Positions 49,099-60,410 are shown, counted from the stretch's first letter. The stretch: DNA of 64,000 nucleotides from an uncultured beta proteobacterium (GCA_963747025.1 CAVVDJ010000006.1:270244-334243); one strand, 5' to 3'. Program-made: numbers and translations. Notes: generated by a model from the letters alone, not told the origin.

Positions 49099-49914
49099 TC
49101 AGGCCGCCAGCCGAGCGGGCTGCGGCGATCCGTTCGACAACGTGAGCACCTCGAAGCCGGTTTCACTCACCAGCACGGTGTGCTCCCACTGTGCCGAGAG
49201 GCTATGGTCTTTGGTGACCACCGTCCAGCCATCGGCCAATTGTCGGATGCCGGCCTTGCCGGCATTGATCATCGGCTCGATGGTGAAGACCATGCCCGGC
49301 TGCAGCTTGAGTCCGGTCTGAGGACGCCCATAGTGCAGCACCTGTGGTTCCTCGTGGAAACGGCGGCCGATCCCGTGCCCGCAGAATTCGCGAACTACGC
49401 TGAATCCCTGCCGCTCGGCATGGGTTTGGATGGCGTGGCCAATGTCGCCCAGATGAGCGCCCGGTCTCACCGCCTGAATACCCAACCACATGCATTCGTA
49501 CGTCACCTCGCACAAGCGACGCGCCTGAATGGAAGGCTCGCCCACGTAGAACATGCGGCTTGTGTCACCGTGGAAACCGTCTTTGATGACGGTGATGTCG
49601 ATATTCACGATGTCGCCCGACTTGAGGCGTTTTGGCCCGGGCACGCCATGGCATACGACGTGATTGACTGAGGTGCAAATGGACTTGGGATAGGGAACGT
49701 AACCAGGCGGCGCATAGTTCAGTGGAGCCGGCGTAGTGTTTTGCACTCTCAGCATGTACTCGTGGCAAAGGGCGTCGAGCTCGTCAGTGGTAACGCCGGC
49801 CTTGACGTGGGCAGTGACGAAATCGAGCACCTCGCTGGCCAGCCGGCCGGCGATGCGCATGCATTCCACTTCTTCGGGTGTCTTGAGATGGACCGACATT
49901 GGAGCCGAGCTCAC
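49099..49914 (-). CDS. map: type I methionine aminopeptidase
   Basis: Intact 271 aa: ..VVCHGVPG.., ..DIVNIDITV.., ..GHGIGRRFHE.., ..FTIEPM.. Confidence 0.95.
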   Translation of the reverse strand: MSSAPMSVHLKTPEEVECMRIAGRLASEVLDFVTAHVKAGVTTDELDALCHEYMLRVQNTTPAPLNYAPPGYVPYPKSICTSVNHVVCHGVPGPKRLKSGDIVNIDITVIKDGFHGDTSRMFYVGEPSIQARRLCEVTYECMWLGIQAVRPGAHLGDIGHAIQTHAERQGFSVVREFCGHGIGRRFHEEPQVLHYGRPQTGLKLQPGMVFTIEPMINAGKAGIRQLADGWTVVTKDHSLSAQWEHTVLVSETGFEVLTLSNGSPQPARLAA

Positions 49915-50039
49915 GGCCGCCAGAGATTAGTGCTGCGCCGAAATACCTGCAATCAATCCGCTGTTTTGCCTCCCGCCAAGATTGCGGCGCAGAGCGCGGA
50001 TTGCCAGGGGGCTGTTGAAGTGACCGGGAGATCGGTCAT

Positions 50040-50115
50040 TGGCTCCCCGACCTGGGCTCGAACCAGGGACCTGCGGATTAACAGTCCGTCGCTCTACCGA
50101 CTGAGCTATCGGGGA
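50040..50115 (-). tRNA. tRNA-Asn (anticodon GTT)
   Basis: The reverse complement is TCCCCGATAGCTCAGTCGGTAGAGCGACGGACTGTTAATCCGCAGGTCCCTGGTTCGAGCCCAGGTCGGGGAGCCA. The acceptor is TCCCCGA/TCGGGGA, the anticodon loop is CTGTTAA and the T arm is CCTGG-TTCGAGC-CCAGG. Confidence 0.95.
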
Positions 50116-50131
50116 ACTCGCGAAGGCGCGT

Positions 50132-50160
50132 ATCATACCGTTCGCTGTCAGCTCGGTCAA
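50132..50160 (-). promoter_or_regulatory. sigma70-type promoter of tRNA-Asn
   Basis: On the minus strand: TTGACC (50160-50155), a 17-nt spacer, then TATGAT (50137-50132). This is 16 nt upstream of the tRNA 5' end. Confidence 0.55.
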
Positions 50161-50259
50161 CGCAAGAAAAATCACGCTACGACCGATGGTTACAAGCCAA
50201 GACGAACCGCAGCTGATCCCTGCAGACGCGACCGAACAGCGCGCTCGCGCCGCATGACC

Positions 50260-51468
50260 TCAGCCCGTCACCCGCGCGATAGCATCGGCAACGTAGTCGA
50301 TGTTGCGCGAATTGAGCGCAGCGATGCAGATGCGGCCGCTATCGATGGCGTAGACGGAGAACTCCTCTCGCAGCCGCGCCACTGCGTCCTTGGACAGGCC
50401 GGAGTAGGAGAACATGCCTCGCTGCCGGGTGACGAAGCCGAAATCGAAGCCGGGCGCGCGCGCTCTGAACCTTTTCCACCAGCTGGCTGCGCATCGATCT
50501 GGATGCGAGCTACGCATCTGACCCAGCTCTTGCTCCCATATCCGCTTCAGGTCGGGGCTGGCAAGCACCGTGGCGACGATCTTCCCCCCATGCGTTGGCG
50601 GGTTGGAGTAGTTCGTTCGCACCATTCGCTTGAGCTGGCTCAGCGTCCGCGCGGCTTCTTCGCTGCTTTGAGCAACCACGCTAAGGGCGCCGACACGCTC
50701 TCCGTACAACGAGAACGATTTGGAGAACGAGTTCGAGACGAACAGCGGCATTCCCGCGTCGACGAAGCGCCGCACAACGCCGGCGTCAGCGTCGAGCCCG
50801 TCGGCAAAGCCCTGATAGGCCATGTCCAGAAACGGGACGAGATCCTTTCGCTTCACCACGTCGATCACTTGAGTCCACTGGTCCGTAGTGAGGTCGACGC
50901 CGGTCGGGTTGTGGCAGCAGGCGTGCAACACGACGATGCTGTGCACCGGTGCGCTCTCCAGCGTGCGCAGCATCCCGTCGAGGTCCAGCCCGTGCGTCCT
51001 TGCATCGTAGTAGGGGTAGGCCTTGACCACAAAGCCCGCATTCTCGAACAGCGCAAGATGGTTCTCCCAGCTTGGCTGGCTGATCCAGACTTGCGCGTCC
51101 GGGTCGGCGCGACGCAGGAAGTCGGCGCCGATCTTCAGCCCGCCGGTGCCGCCGAGCGCCTGCACGGTAACCACCCGTTGGTCCTTGATCGCAGGACTGT
51201 CAGCGCCGAAAACGAGCGCCTGCACGGCGCGGTCGTACTCCGGCAATCCGTCGATCGGCAGGTATCCGCGCGGCGGCGAGTTTTCCAGCAGCTGGCGTTC
51301 GGCGCGGCGGACGCATTCGAGCAGCGGGATCTTGCCATTGTCGTCGTAGTAGATCCCCACCCCGAGGTTGACCTTGTTGGGGTTGGGGTCAGCGTTGAAG
51401 GCTTCCGTGACGCCAAGAATCGGGTCGCGCGGCGCCATCTCGACATCGGCCAGGATGGATGTGGTCAT
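50260..51468 (-). CDS. class I aminotransferase of the AspC/TyrB type
   Basis: 402-aa open frame: ..GVGIYYDDNGK.., ..HACCHNPTG.., ..SNSFSKSFSLYGERVG.., ..RMVRTNYSNPP.. A short internal stretch (about 50455-50515) is out of frame relative to the family pattern (see findings). Confidence 0.9.
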   Translation of the reverse strand: MTTSILADVEMAPRDPILGVTEAFNADPNPNKVNLGVGIYYDDNGKIPLLECVRRAERQLLENSPPRGYLPIDGLPEYDRAVQALVFGADSPAIKDQRVVTVQALGGTGGLKIGADFLRRADPDAQVWISQPSWENHLALFENAGFVVKAYPYYDARTHGLDLDGMLRTLESAPVHSIVVLHACCHNPTGVDLTTDQWTQVIDVVKRKDLVPFLDMAYQGFADGLDADAGVVRRFVDAGMPLFVSNSFSKSFSLYGERVGALSVVAQSSEEAARTLSQLKRMVRTNYSNPPTHGGKIVATVLASPDLKRIWEQELGQMRSSHPDRCAASWWKRFRARAPGFDFGFVTRQRGMFSYSGLSKDAVARLREEFSVYAIDSGRICIAALNSRNIDYVADAIARVTG

Positions 51469-51723
51469 GCTCGTCGGTTACGTAGTTGTGTTTAGGAATC
51501 CGGCGCGTATCCGCGCTAGACTCGAGGGCACGGTCTATCACGCGCCAGAGCGGCATTTTACTCGTAACGCCGGAGCCCGGTCCTCTGTATCGCGCTCTAG
51601 CTTTTCGTCGCGACAGACCTGACGCTGGTCCCGACTGTTCGGGTATGGGACAATTGCGAGCCGGATCGCGCACCGATCGTTGCGCGAAAATTCACACCCA
51701 TTTCCTCGTCGGTATCCATCGCT

Positions 51724-53844
51724 GTGGCCTATCCCCGGACCCTGGATTTCCCCAATAGTCCGTTCCGCCTCTATCAGCCCTTTCCTCCGGCTGGCGACCA
51801 GCCGGAGGCGATCGAGAAGCTCATCGAGGGCATCGGTGACGGCTTGATGTATCAGACCCTGCTCGGGGTGACCGGGTCGGGCAAGACCTTCACCATGGCC
51901 AATGTGATCGCCCGGCTGGGTCGGCCGGCCATCATCATGGCGCCCAACAAGACGCTGGCTGCGCAGCTGTACTCGGAGATGCGCGAGTTCTTCCCCGACA
52001 ACGCCGTCGAGTACTTTGTCTCCTACTACGACTACTACCAGCCTGAGGCCTACGTTCCGTCGCGCGACCTGTACATCGAAAAGGATTCCAGCATCAACGA
52101 GCACATCGAGCAGATGCGCTTGTCCGCCACCAAGAGTCTGCTGGAGCGCCGCGACAGTGTGATCGTGGCGACCGTGTCCTGCATCTACGGTATCGGCGAC
52201 CCGGTCGACTACCACAGCATGATCCTGCACCTGCGCAGCCATGAGAAGGCGAGCCAGCGCGAGATCATCCGACGCCTCGCAGAAATGCAGTACGAGCGCA
52301 GCGAGTTCGAGTTCCGGCGCGGGACGTTCCGCGTGCGAGGAGATGTGCTCGACATCTTCCCGGCCGAGAACTCGGAAGTGGCGCTGCGCGTGCACCTGTT
52401 CGACGACGACGTCGAGCAACTGACTCTGTTCGACCCGCTCACCGGCCAGGTGCTGCAGCGAGTACCGCGCTACACCGTCTATCCTTCCAGCCACTACGTT
52501 ACGCCGAGAGACACGACCTTGCGGGCCGTGGAGGCGATCAAGGCCGAGCTGCGCGAACGTATCGAGTTCTTCCAGCGCGAGGGCAAGCTGCTGGAAGCAC
52601 AGCGCATCGAGCAGCGCACGCGCTTCGATCTGGAGATGCTGGCCGAGCTCGGCTTCTGCAAGGGCATCGAGAACTACTCCCGCCATCTGTCCGGGCGCAA
52701 GCAAGGAGAACCGCCGCCCACGCTGATCGACTACCTGCCTCCCAACGCGCTCATGATCGTCGACGAGAGCCACGTCACCATCCCGCAGGTCGGCGGCATG
52801 TATCGGGGCGATCGCGCGCGCAAGGAGAATCTGGTCGACTACGGCTTTCGCCTGCCGAGCGCGCTGGACAACCGCCCGCTCACCTTCGAGGAGTTCGAGC
52901 GCATGATGCCGCAGACGATTTTCGTCTCCGCCACCCCGGCAGAGTACGAACGCACGCATCAGGGGCAGGTGGTCGAGCAGGTGGTAAGGCCGACCGGTCT
53001 GATAGACCCCGACGTGATCGTGCGTCCGGCTGGCACCCAGGTCGATGACCTCCTGTCGGAGATCAACGCGCGCGTGGCGAGCGGCGAGCGCGTGCTGGTC
53101 ACTACGCTCACCAAGCGCATGGCCGAGGACCTGACCGACTATCTCGCCGAGCACGGCGTCAAGGTGCGCTACCTGCATTCGGATATCGAAACGGTGGAGC
53201 GGGTCGAGATTATTCGCGACCTGCGGCTCGGCGTGTTCGACGTCCTGGTCGGGATCAACCTGCTGCGTGAAGGCCTGGATATCCCGGAGGTGTCGCTGGT
53301 GGCGATCCTGGACGCAGACAAGGAAGGCTTCCTGCGTTCGGAGCGCTCGTTGATACAAACCATCGGGCGCGCGGCTCGGCACATCAACGGGACCGCGGTC
53401 ATGTATGCCGATCGCCTGACGGAGTCGATCAGGCGTGCCATCGACGAGACCAATCGCCGGCGAGCGAAGCAAGTCGCTTTCAACGCGACGCACGCGATTA
53501 CGCCCAGGGGTGTGAGCAAGCGCGTCAAGGACATCATCGAGGGCGTGTATGACCCCACCGCCACGCATCAGCAATTGAAGGCAGCGCAGAGCGAGGCTGC
53601 GTACAAGGCGATGGACGAAGGCGATCTGGCGCGGGAAATCAAACGGCTGGAGAAGGACATGCTCGAGCACGCGCGCAACCTCGAGTTCGAGCAGGCGGCA
53701 CAAGCGCGCGACCGGCTGCGGGAGCTCAAGGATCGCCTCTTCGGTATCGCTCAACGCGACGCGATCAACGCCGTGGAAGCGACGCCCGTCCCCGCTCCAG
53801 GGAAGGTAGCCAAACGCGCTGGAGGACGCCGCCAAGGTTCATAG
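51724..53844 (+). CDS. uvrB: excinuclease ABC subunit B
   Basis: Intact 706 aa with a GTG start: ..[15 protein letters not shown].., ..[10 protein letters not shown].., ..VDESH.., and a C-terminal UVR domain ..[17 protein letters not shown].. Confidence 0.97.
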   Translation: MAYPRTLDFPNSPFRLYQPFPPAGDQPEAIEKLIEGIGDGLMYQTLLGVTGSGKTFTMANVIARLGRPAIIMAPNKTLAAQLYSEMREFFPDNAVEYFVSYYDYYQPEAYVPSRDLYIEKDSSINEHIEQMRLSATKSLLERRDSVIVATVSCIYGIGDPVDYHSMILHLRSHEKASQREIIRRLAEMQYERSEFEFRRGTFRVRGDVLDIFPAENSEVALRVHLFDDDVEQLTLFDPLTGQVLQRVPRYTVYPSSHYVTPRDTTLRAVEAIKAELRERIEFFQREGKLLEAQRIEQRTRFDLEMLAELGFCKGIENYSRHLSGRKQGEPPPTLIDYLPPNALMIVDESHVTIPQVGGMYRGDRARKENLVDYGFRLPSALDNRPLTFEEFERMMPQTIFVSATPAEYERTHQGQVVEQVVRPTGLIDPDVIVRPAGTQVDDLLSEINARVASGERVLVTTLTKRMAEDLTDYLAEHGVKVRYLHSDIETVERVEIIRDLRLGVFDVLVGINLLREGLDIPEVSLVAILDADKEGFLRSERSLIQTIGRAARHINGTAVMYADRLTESIRRAIDETNRRRAKQVAFNATHAITPRGVSKRVKDIIEGVYDPTATHQQLKAAQSEAAYKAMDEGDLAREIKRLEKDMLEHARNLEFEQAAQARDRLRELKDRLFGIAQRDAINAVEATPVPAPGKVAKRAGGRRQGS

Positions 53845-53876
53845 TAGGCAAAACCCGAGACCTTGGGGATCACGGG

Positions 53877-54596
53877 CTAGGGCAGGAGGCGATCGAACTC
53901 GGTCTTCACCACCTGGTAGCACTCGCAGGCGCGCGCCTCCAGTCGCGGTCGGTCGAGGACGATGATGCGTCCGCGGCTGTAATGAATCAACCCGGCGCTC
54001 TGCAGCTTGCCAGCGGCTTCCGTGACTCCTTCGCGGCGCACACCCAGCATGTTGGCAATCAACTCCTGGGTCATGGTCAGCTCGTTGGAAGGTAGCCGAT
54101 CAAGGCTCAGCAGCAGCCAGCGGCACAGCTGCTGGTCCACCGAGTGATGCCGATTGCACACCGCCGTCTGCGACATCTGCGTCAGCAGCGCCTGGGTGTA
54201 ACGCAGCAACAAGTGCTGCAGCTGTCCGGCGCGGTTGAACTCCTCCTTCAGCAACTGCCCCTTCAGCCGGTAGGCGTGGCCCGCGCTCTGCACCACTGCC
54301 CGATTAGGCATGGTCTCCCCGCCCATGAACAACGCGATACCGATGATGCCTTCATTGCCGACTACGGCGATCTCGGCTGAGGCGCCGTCGGCCATGACAT
54401 AGAGCAGAGAGACAATGGAAGCGATAGGGAAATACACGTGCTGCAACTGATCGCCGGACTCGTACAAAACGTCCCCGAGCGGCAAGGGAACCAGTTCCAG
54501 ATGCGGATAAAGACGCGCGGACTCGGGGTCGGGGAGGGCGGCGAGAAGATGGTTCTGGCGGGGACTATGAGGTCGAGGCATAGACCTCCCAATCAT
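53877..54596 (-). CDS. Crp/Fnr-family transcriptional regulator
   Basis: 239 aa with a cNMP-binding-like N-domain (..NHLLAALP..VYFPIASIVSLLYVMADGASAEIAVVGNEG..) and a C-terminal HTH ..MTQELIANMLGVRREGVTEAAGKLQSAGLI.. An alternative start is at 54581. Confidence 0.85.
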   Translation of the reverse strand: MIGRSMPRPHSPRQNHLLAALPDPESARLYPHLELVPLPLGDVLYESGDQLQHVYFPIASIVSLLYVMADGASAEIAVVGNEGIIGIALFMGGETMPNRAVVQSAGHAYRLKGQLLKEEFNRAGQLQHLLLRYTQALLTQMSQTAVCNRHHSVDQQLCRWLLLSLDRLPSNELTMTQELIANMLGVRREGVTEAAGKLQSAGLIHYSRGRIIVLDRPRLEARACECYQVVKTEFDRLLP

Positions 54597-54944
54597 CAGT
54601 CAAGATCGTACGGCTTCAACGACCCGTGCAAAGGCGCGATCGTACACAACTGTGCAGTATAAACAATCTATTGCCTCTTATGTGCGATACCGTACATTAC
54701 GCGCTTCCTGAGAGCGCCCAGGAGTTTGTCAGAAGATCTTCGCCTGCATCGCGATGTACGAGTGCGCGTGCGGCGCACAGCGCATAACCGCCGCTTCCAT
54801 GGAAACGACAGGGCAAGACGAGCGGGCAAGCAGCCCATGCTTTAGCTCGGCGATTTCGCGACGATAAAGTGGTAATGCATTCGAGTTCGAGCGGCCGCGC
54901 AACCGCGTGCCGCAGGTCTCATCAGGCGAATCCGGGAGTGTCAC

Positions 54945-55583
54945 ATGGAAAAAGCTCTACTCACGTGGCGACTTACACCTGTCGGGAAGAGCTCTGATTT
55001 ATGGAACTTCAGCACCCACAGCGGTGAAGTTTGGGTGAGAGCCCACGACGCCCTGGAGGCACGGGCTCTAGCCGCGGACCGCTTCCGCGTGCGTGGTCGC
55101 GTCAAACACGGCCGCAGCGGCTTGGAGAGTCCATGGTACGTGCGTGAACTGGCTCGTTGCGAACGCGACCAAGACCCGCGATTCGAGGCCACGAAGGTGC
55201 CCTGTGTCGTGTATCCAGTCGTGGTAGACGCGGCAATCGGCGAAACGCCGGCAGAGACTGCTATGGCAAACACGTCGGCCCAAGGTGAACCGACGTCGAT
55301 TGAGGTTGTCGCTTCTGAGGTCAGAGAGGCTATCGTGGCGCTGCTGCTGGCAAAGCGAGTAGACGTTCCGGGGCGTTGGCTCGACGTATACGCGGCTCCT
55401 GGCGCGGACAATGGAGCAGCGTGTGTCATCATTCCAGCGCGAAGGCTGAAAGGCGTGATCGCTGAGGAGCTCGGTCGATTGATAGGGCGTACGCTCAGCG
55501 TGGAGGAGAAAAGCTGGTTGCTGCTGAGCGAAGAGATCCAGTACGTACTTCGCAGCAGCGAGGCCGGATTGAGCGTGTCCTAA
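54945..55583 (+). CDS. hypothetical protein (orphan, no family recognised)
   Basis: 212-aa ORF with an ATG start. Its third-position usage is visibly less GC-biased than in neighbouring core genes, and I recognise no motif. Confidence 0.45.
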   Translation: MEKALLTWRLTPVGKSSDLWNFSTHSGEVWVRAHDALEARALAADRFRVRGRVKHGRSGLESPWYVRELARCERDQDPRFEATKVPCVVYPVVVDAAIGETPAETAMANTSAQGEPTSIEVVASEVREAIVALLLAKRVDVPGRWLDVYAAPGADNGAACVIIPARRLKGVIAEELGRLIGRTLSVEEKSWLLLSEEIQYVLRSSEAGLSVS

Positions 55584-55759
55584 GCTTGGTCAACTGAAGC
55601 GAGCGCGAGATACAGCCACCCTCATCATCTGGTTTACAGTAACCTGAACTGAACAACTGACAGATCCCCGATCTTGCTTGGACATCTCGATACACCATTG
55701 CAAAACGCAGCGGTGTGCCCCCGCCGGAATTCGATCAATCACAGAAATGAAACAAGACC

Positions 55760-56284
55760 GTGAACGAGGTTCATGACACTGTAGGTCGGCCCATTGGCGT
55801 CCTCTTCGTCTGCATGGGCAACATCTGCAGGTCACCGATCGCGGAGGGAGTGTTCCGTCAACGCGTAGCCCAAGCCGGCCTCGACCAATTGATCCAGATC
55901 GACTCGGCAGGGACCCACGGTTATCACATTGGGGCTCGCCCTGACGCCCGGGCACAGGCGGCCGCGGCGCGGCGGCGCTACGACTTGAGCGGGCTGCGCG
56001 CACGCCAAGTCACGCGGCAGGACATCGAGGTGTTCGACTACGTCCTGGCGATGGACCGCGACAACCTCGCGTATCTGAACAGCCTCGCTGCACCGGACCA
56101 TCGCAATAGGCCGCAACTGTTTCTCGACTACGCGACCAACGACAATCTACGCGAGGTGCCTGATCCGTATTACGGCCCGGAACAGGGGTTCGAGCTGGTC
56201 CTCGACCTGGCCGAAGACGCCAGCCTCGGGCTGTTGACCCATATCCAGCAGAAGCTTGCCCCGCTTCGGTTCGACGGCCGCTAG
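55760..56284 (+). CDS. low-molecular-weight protein-tyrosine phosphatase
   Basis: ..IGVLFVCMGNICRSPIAEGV.. (CX5R P-loop) and ..VPDPYYG.. (Asp loop). GTG start at 55760. Confidence 0.88.
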   Translation: MNEVHDTVGRPIGVLFVCMGNICRSPIAEGVFRQRVAQAGLDQLIQIDSAGTHGYHIGARPDARAQAAAARRRYDLSGLRARQVTRQDIEVFDYVLAMDRDNLAYLNSLAAPDHRNRPQLFLDYATNDNLREVPDPYYGPEQGFELVLDLAEDASLGLLTHIQQKLAPLRFDGR

Positions 56285-56419
56285 CGAACGGAGTACGGCC
56301 GCACGAAGCACCTCACTGGCGGCTGGCCCTGGGGCAGAACCTAGTGCCGCGTCTCGACCTGCACTAGCGGCTCGCTCGGAATCTGCTCCTCAGGAGGTCT
56401 CGGGCGAGGCGCACGGTTT

Positions 56420-59044
56420 TCAACGCGCCCTGCCGCCCCCGCGTGCAGGGTCGTCCTGAGCGTCTTGAGTTCTGCCTGGACTGGTTTCAACTTGCACAAG
56501 GTCGGGCGGAAGTTCGAAGGTCGTCACCACATGCGACACTCGGTCCGGGGGCGCTTCCCGCGGTGCAGCTTCGCGTGGTGCGGCCGCTGCCGCGTCGTGT
56601 TCCCCCTGCGGCTGGCCAGACGCAATGTCGATAGTCGGCGTCACTAACGTGGTCTCCCTGTCATGCTCAGGCCTGTGCTCGCGCAGGGCGGCTTGCACCA
56701 CATGCTCGGCTATGACCGACTCGCGGGCCGATTCACCGCCGACATTCTCGAAGGCCGGTTCTTGGCTCTCAGGTATGCGCGGCGCGGGCTCCGACCAGGA
56801 TGTAGTCACATCGCTCTCAGAGGCATAGGCATCTTTCCGGGGTGAGGGCATTGTTGGCCGCTCCTGCTCTGGCCCGCGCTCTGCCGGCGCCATGGGGCGA
56901 GTACTCCTTGGACCTTCCCCTTCAGCCCCACCAAATCCCCGTTCGCGGCGCCCACGTCGGCGGCGGCCACGACCCTCGGCGTGTTGCTCCGGGCCTCCTT
57001 CCGTCCGTGGCCGCTCAGGGCGCTCGGTCCGTTCGGGACGTTCCGGGCGAGGGGCACGCTCCGGCCGCTCCGGCCCTCGCGCACGCACCTCGCCTGTCCC
57101 TTCCGCTCGTGCCTGGTCGACGCCGCGGCCTGACGTCTGCGCAGCGGAGGCCGGTTTGTTCGGGCGGCGTTCGTCCTCGCCCGGGCGCTGCTGGCCGCGA
57201 CGCGCATCCCGCCCGCTTTCCTGACCTCGACGCTGACCCGCCGCGGTTTCTTCCCGTCCGCCGCGGCGGTCGCGGTCCCGGCGCGGACCTTCGCGCTGCG
57301 GTCGACGGGCTTCACGCGACTTCACCTTCACCGGCTCGGGCAGCACCTCCGGCTTACCCTTCAACCAACCGAAGATCTTCTGCAGGATCGACTGCTGAGG
57401 CGGTGGCGGCAGCTGGACCGGGACCGGTGCAGGCTGCTCCGGTTGTATGCCCTGAACAGCTGCCTGAGGCCGCTGGGGTTTCGGTTCGGCGCTGGGCAGC
57501 GCCGGCTTCTCCGCTTCCGCAGGCTGTTCCATCAGCTGGTAGCTGGCTGGCAACGGCTCCATCTGATTCAGCTCGTCGTGCCGCAACCGGCTCAAAGTGT
57601 AGTTGGGCGTCTCGAGGTGAATATTCGGCACCAGGACAACGTTGACCTTCATCCGCGATTCGATGGCGTGAAACTCAGAGCGCTTCTCGTTGAGCAGGTA
57701 GGTTGCGACATCGACCGGCACTTGCGCGTGGACGGCGGCGGTGTTCTCCTTCATGGCCTCTTCCTGAAGGATGCGCAGGATGTGCAGGGCCGAGGACTCG
57801 ATGCTGCGGATGTGGCCGGTGCCGTGGCAGCGCGGGCAGGCGATGTGGCTGGTTTCACCCAGGGAAGTCTGCAGGCGTTGGCGCGACAGCTCCATCAGGC
57901 CGAAGCGCGAGATCTTGCCCATCTGGACCCGAGCTCGATCATAACGTAGCGCATCGCGCAGGCGGTTCTCAACTTCCCTCTGGTTGCGCTGATTCTCCAT
58001 GTCGATGAAGTCGATCACCACCAGGCCACCCAGATCGCGCAAACGGAGCTGTCGGGCTAGTTCGTCGGCGGCTTCCAGGTTCGTGCGCAGCGCCGTTTCC
58101 TCGATGTCGGCACCACGTGTGGCGCGTGCCGAATTGACATCGATTGCTACCATCGCTTCGGTGTGGTCGATGACGATGGCACCACCGGAGGGCAGAGGGA
58201 CTTGGCGGGCGTACGCCGTTTCGATCTGGTGCTCAATCTGGAATCGGGAGAACAGCGGCACGTCGTCCCGATACATCTTGACACGGTTGACGTTGCCAGG
58301 CATCACGTGCCCCATGAACTGCCGGGCCTGCTCGTAGATGCTCTCGGTGTCGATCAGCAGCTCGCCGATCTCCTGATGGAAGTAGTCCCGGATGGCGCGG
58401 ATGACGAGACTTGACTCCTGATAGATCAGGAAAGCGCCGCCCTGCTGTTTGGAAGCGGTCTCGATTGCCCGCCACAGCTGCAGCAGGTAGTTCAGGTCCC
58501 ACTGCAGTTCTTCCAGCGTGCGCCCGAGGCCGGCCGTCCGGCCGATGATGCTCATGCCCTGCGGAATTTCGAGCTGGGCGATGAGGTCGCGCAGTTCGTT
58601 GCGCTCCTCACCCTCCACGCGCCGTGAAACACCACCACCGCGCGGGTTGTTCGGCATCAGGACAAGGTAGCGGCCGGCAAGGCTGATGAATGTCGTGAGC
58701 GCAGCGCCCTTGTTGCCGCGTTCGTCCTTGTCGACCTGGACGATCAGTTCCTGACCGTCGCGCATCACATCCTGAATGCGCGCGCGGGAGACGTCGACGT
58801 TGTCGCCCTGGAAAAAGGCCCTGCTGACCTCTTTGAATGGAAGGAACCCGTGGCGCTCGTTGCCGTAATCGACAAACGCGGCCTCCAGGCTGGGCTCGAT
58901 GCGGGTGACTAGACCCTTGTAGATATTGCCTTTACGTTGCTCTTTTCCGGTGGTTTCTATGTCCAGGTCAATCAGCTTCTGACCATCTACTATGGCGACC
59001 CGCAGTTCTTCTGCCTGAGTCGCGTTAAACAGCATGCGTTTCAT
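56420..59044 (-). CDS. rne: ribonuclease E
   Basis: [30 protein letters not shown].. (ATG 59044), an S1 domain, ..VVIDFIDM.., the zinc link [10 protein letters not shown], and a long Arg/Pro/Glu-rich C-terminal half. Divergent from rluC as in E. coli. Confidence 0.93.
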   Translation of the reverse strand: MKRMLFNATQAEELRVAIVDGQKLIDLDIETTGKEQRKGNIYKGLVTRIEPSLEAAFVDYGNERHGFLPFKEVSRAFFQGDNVDVSRARIQDVMRDGQELIVQVDKDERGNKGAALTTFISLAGRYLVLMPNNPRGGGVSRRVEGEERNELRDLIAQLEIPQGMSIIGRTAGLGRTLEELQWDLNYLLQLWRAIETASKQQGGAFLIYQESSLVIRAIRDYFHQEIGELLIDTESIYEQARQFMGHVMPGNVNRVKMYRDDVPLFSRFQIEHQIETAYARQVPLPSGGAIVIDHTEAMVAIDVNSARATRGADIEETALRTNLEAADELARQLRLRDLGGLVVIDFIDMENQRNQREVENRLRDALRYDRARVQMGKISRFGLMELSRQRLQTSLGETSHIACPRCHGTGHIRSIESSALHILRILQEEAMKENTAAVHAQVPVDVATYLLNEKRSEFHAIESRMKVNVVLVPNIHLETPNYTLSRLRHDELNQMEPLPASYQLMEQPAEAEKPALPSAEPKPQRPQAAVQGIQPEQPAPVPVQLPPPPQQSILQKIFGWLKGKPEVLPEPVKVKSREARRPQREGPRRDRDRRGGREETAAGQRRGQESGRDARRGQQRPGEDERRPNKPASAAQTSGRGVDQARAEGTGEVRARGPERPERAPRPERPERTERPERPRTEGGPEQHAEGRGRRRRGRRERGFGGAEGEGPRSTRPMAPAERGPEQERPTMPSPRKDAYASESDVTTSWSEPAPRIPESQEPAFENVGGESARESVIAEHVVQAALREHRPEHDRETTLVTPTIDIASGQPQGEHDAAAAAPREAAPREAPPDRVSHVVTTFELPPDLVQVETSPGRTQDAQDDPARGGGRAR

Positions 59045-59412
59045 TCTTGTACCCCCCGCGCTCAAACTCACGGGCAGGGCAACCTTCTGGAACCCGGCAC
59101 GGGCTCCCGCATGGATACTATTCGGACAGGTCGGTCATAATGTCGATGTCAGGCCTCGAACAGTTCTTCAGGTTTGCCTCAGAGGTCCGGACCCAGCAGG
59201 TCCCGGACGAAAGAAAGTCTATGGGCGGTCTTGAGCGCGCAATCAGCTTGCCATCGCTAGTTGGGGCCGGGTCAGCGAAGTTAACCCGTCATGATTGAGT
59301 CAGGTCACGAGCCTGGTACACACCCCGCTGTGCCGCGGGGCTGGGATTCGGTGTGCTTCCCCGCGCGGCATTTCCGATCGCACCTGGGGGCACAGTTAAT
59401 AGTATAAGCAAA

Positions 59413-60406
59413 ATGAATACCTTAAGGAAAGAGCCGCGAATTTCATCGGCGGCCGCGTCCTGGACCGAGGTGGACGAGGAGGGCGCTGACCAGCGGATCG
59501 ACAACTTCCTAGTCCGCGTCCTCAAGGGCGTACCCAAGAGCCATCTTTACCGTTTGCTCCGCACCGGGCAGGTGCGGGTGAACAGTCGCAGGGTCGACGC
59601 GACGTACCGACTCCAGCCCGGTGACCGGGTGCGCCTGCCACCCGTGCGGGCCGCCGTCCCGCACGCAAGTCCGGTAACGTCCGCCGGGCCGGCGATGGCG
59701 CGGTTGTCGCCGCATGCGCTGCTGGAGGACAACGCGCTGCTGGTCATCGACAAGCCAGCCGGTGTGGCCGCACATGGCGGTAGCGGGATAAGCCGCGGTG
59801 CAATCGAGCAGCTGCGCGCGGAGCGGCCTGACCTCCGGTTCCTGGAGCTGGTTCATCGGCTCGACCGCGACACCTCAGGCGTGCTTCTGCTGGCGAAGAA
59901 GCGCAGTGCGTTGACGAACCTGCATGCGCAGATCCGCGCCGGCGAGGTGAAGAAGTCCTATCTGGTGCTGGTGCGAGGCGATTGGAGCAACGACAGACAG
60001 ACATGTACGCTTGCCTTTATCCAAACACCTCACGACGTCCGGTGAGCGGCGAGTGAGCGTGAGCGACGACGGCTCGCCCTCGCATACAGTCTTCACGCGC
60101 GTCCGCGGATTCCCCGGATATACGCTGTTGGGTGCAGAGCTGCTGACGGGCCGCACACATCAGATACGCGTGCACTTGGCTCATCTCGGCTTCCCGATAG
60201 CCGGCGACGACAAGTACGGCGACTTTGCGCTCAACAAGAGCCTGCCGCGCCTGGGGCTCAAACGCATGTTCCTGCATGCCGCCCGCGTCGAGTTCCGCCA
60301 CCCGCTTACCGGCGACACCGTCGTGGTGGAGGCACCGCTTGCCGAAGCGCTTAGGAGGTTTCTGCGTTCGCTCGAGGAATCGGGCTCGACCGCTGCGGCT
60401 CAGTGA
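59413..60406 (+). pseudogene. rluC: 23S rRNA pseudouridine synthase RluC, one frame slip near 60005
   Basis: ..RIDNFLVRVLKGVPKSHLYRLLRTGQVRVN.. (S4-like) and ..HRLDRDTSGVLLLAK.. (catalytic Asp) are followed after the slip by ..TGRTHQIRVHLAHLGFPIAGDDKYG.. Confidence 0.9.
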
Positions 60407-60410
60407 CCGG

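Noticed and set aside
49741-51495. 584-aa plus-strand ORF
   Set aside because: It runs antisense through map, across the tRNA-Asn gene and antisense through the aminotransferase. It cannot be a real gene.
51469-51723. LexA (SOS) box upstream of uvrB
   Set aside because: There is no CTGT-N8-ACAG-type palindrome. Only isolated CTGT and ACAG tetramers occur, at the wrong spacing.
51538-53835. 765-aa ORF on the minus strand
   Set aside because: It is antisense to the intact uvrB, has no recognisable motifs and has the same GC-artefact composition.
56420-57400. Arg/Pro/Glu-rich short repeats ([20 protein letters not shown] etc.) as a novel repeat protein
   Set aside because: They form the low-complexity C-terminal scaffold region that is usual for proteobacterial RNase E.
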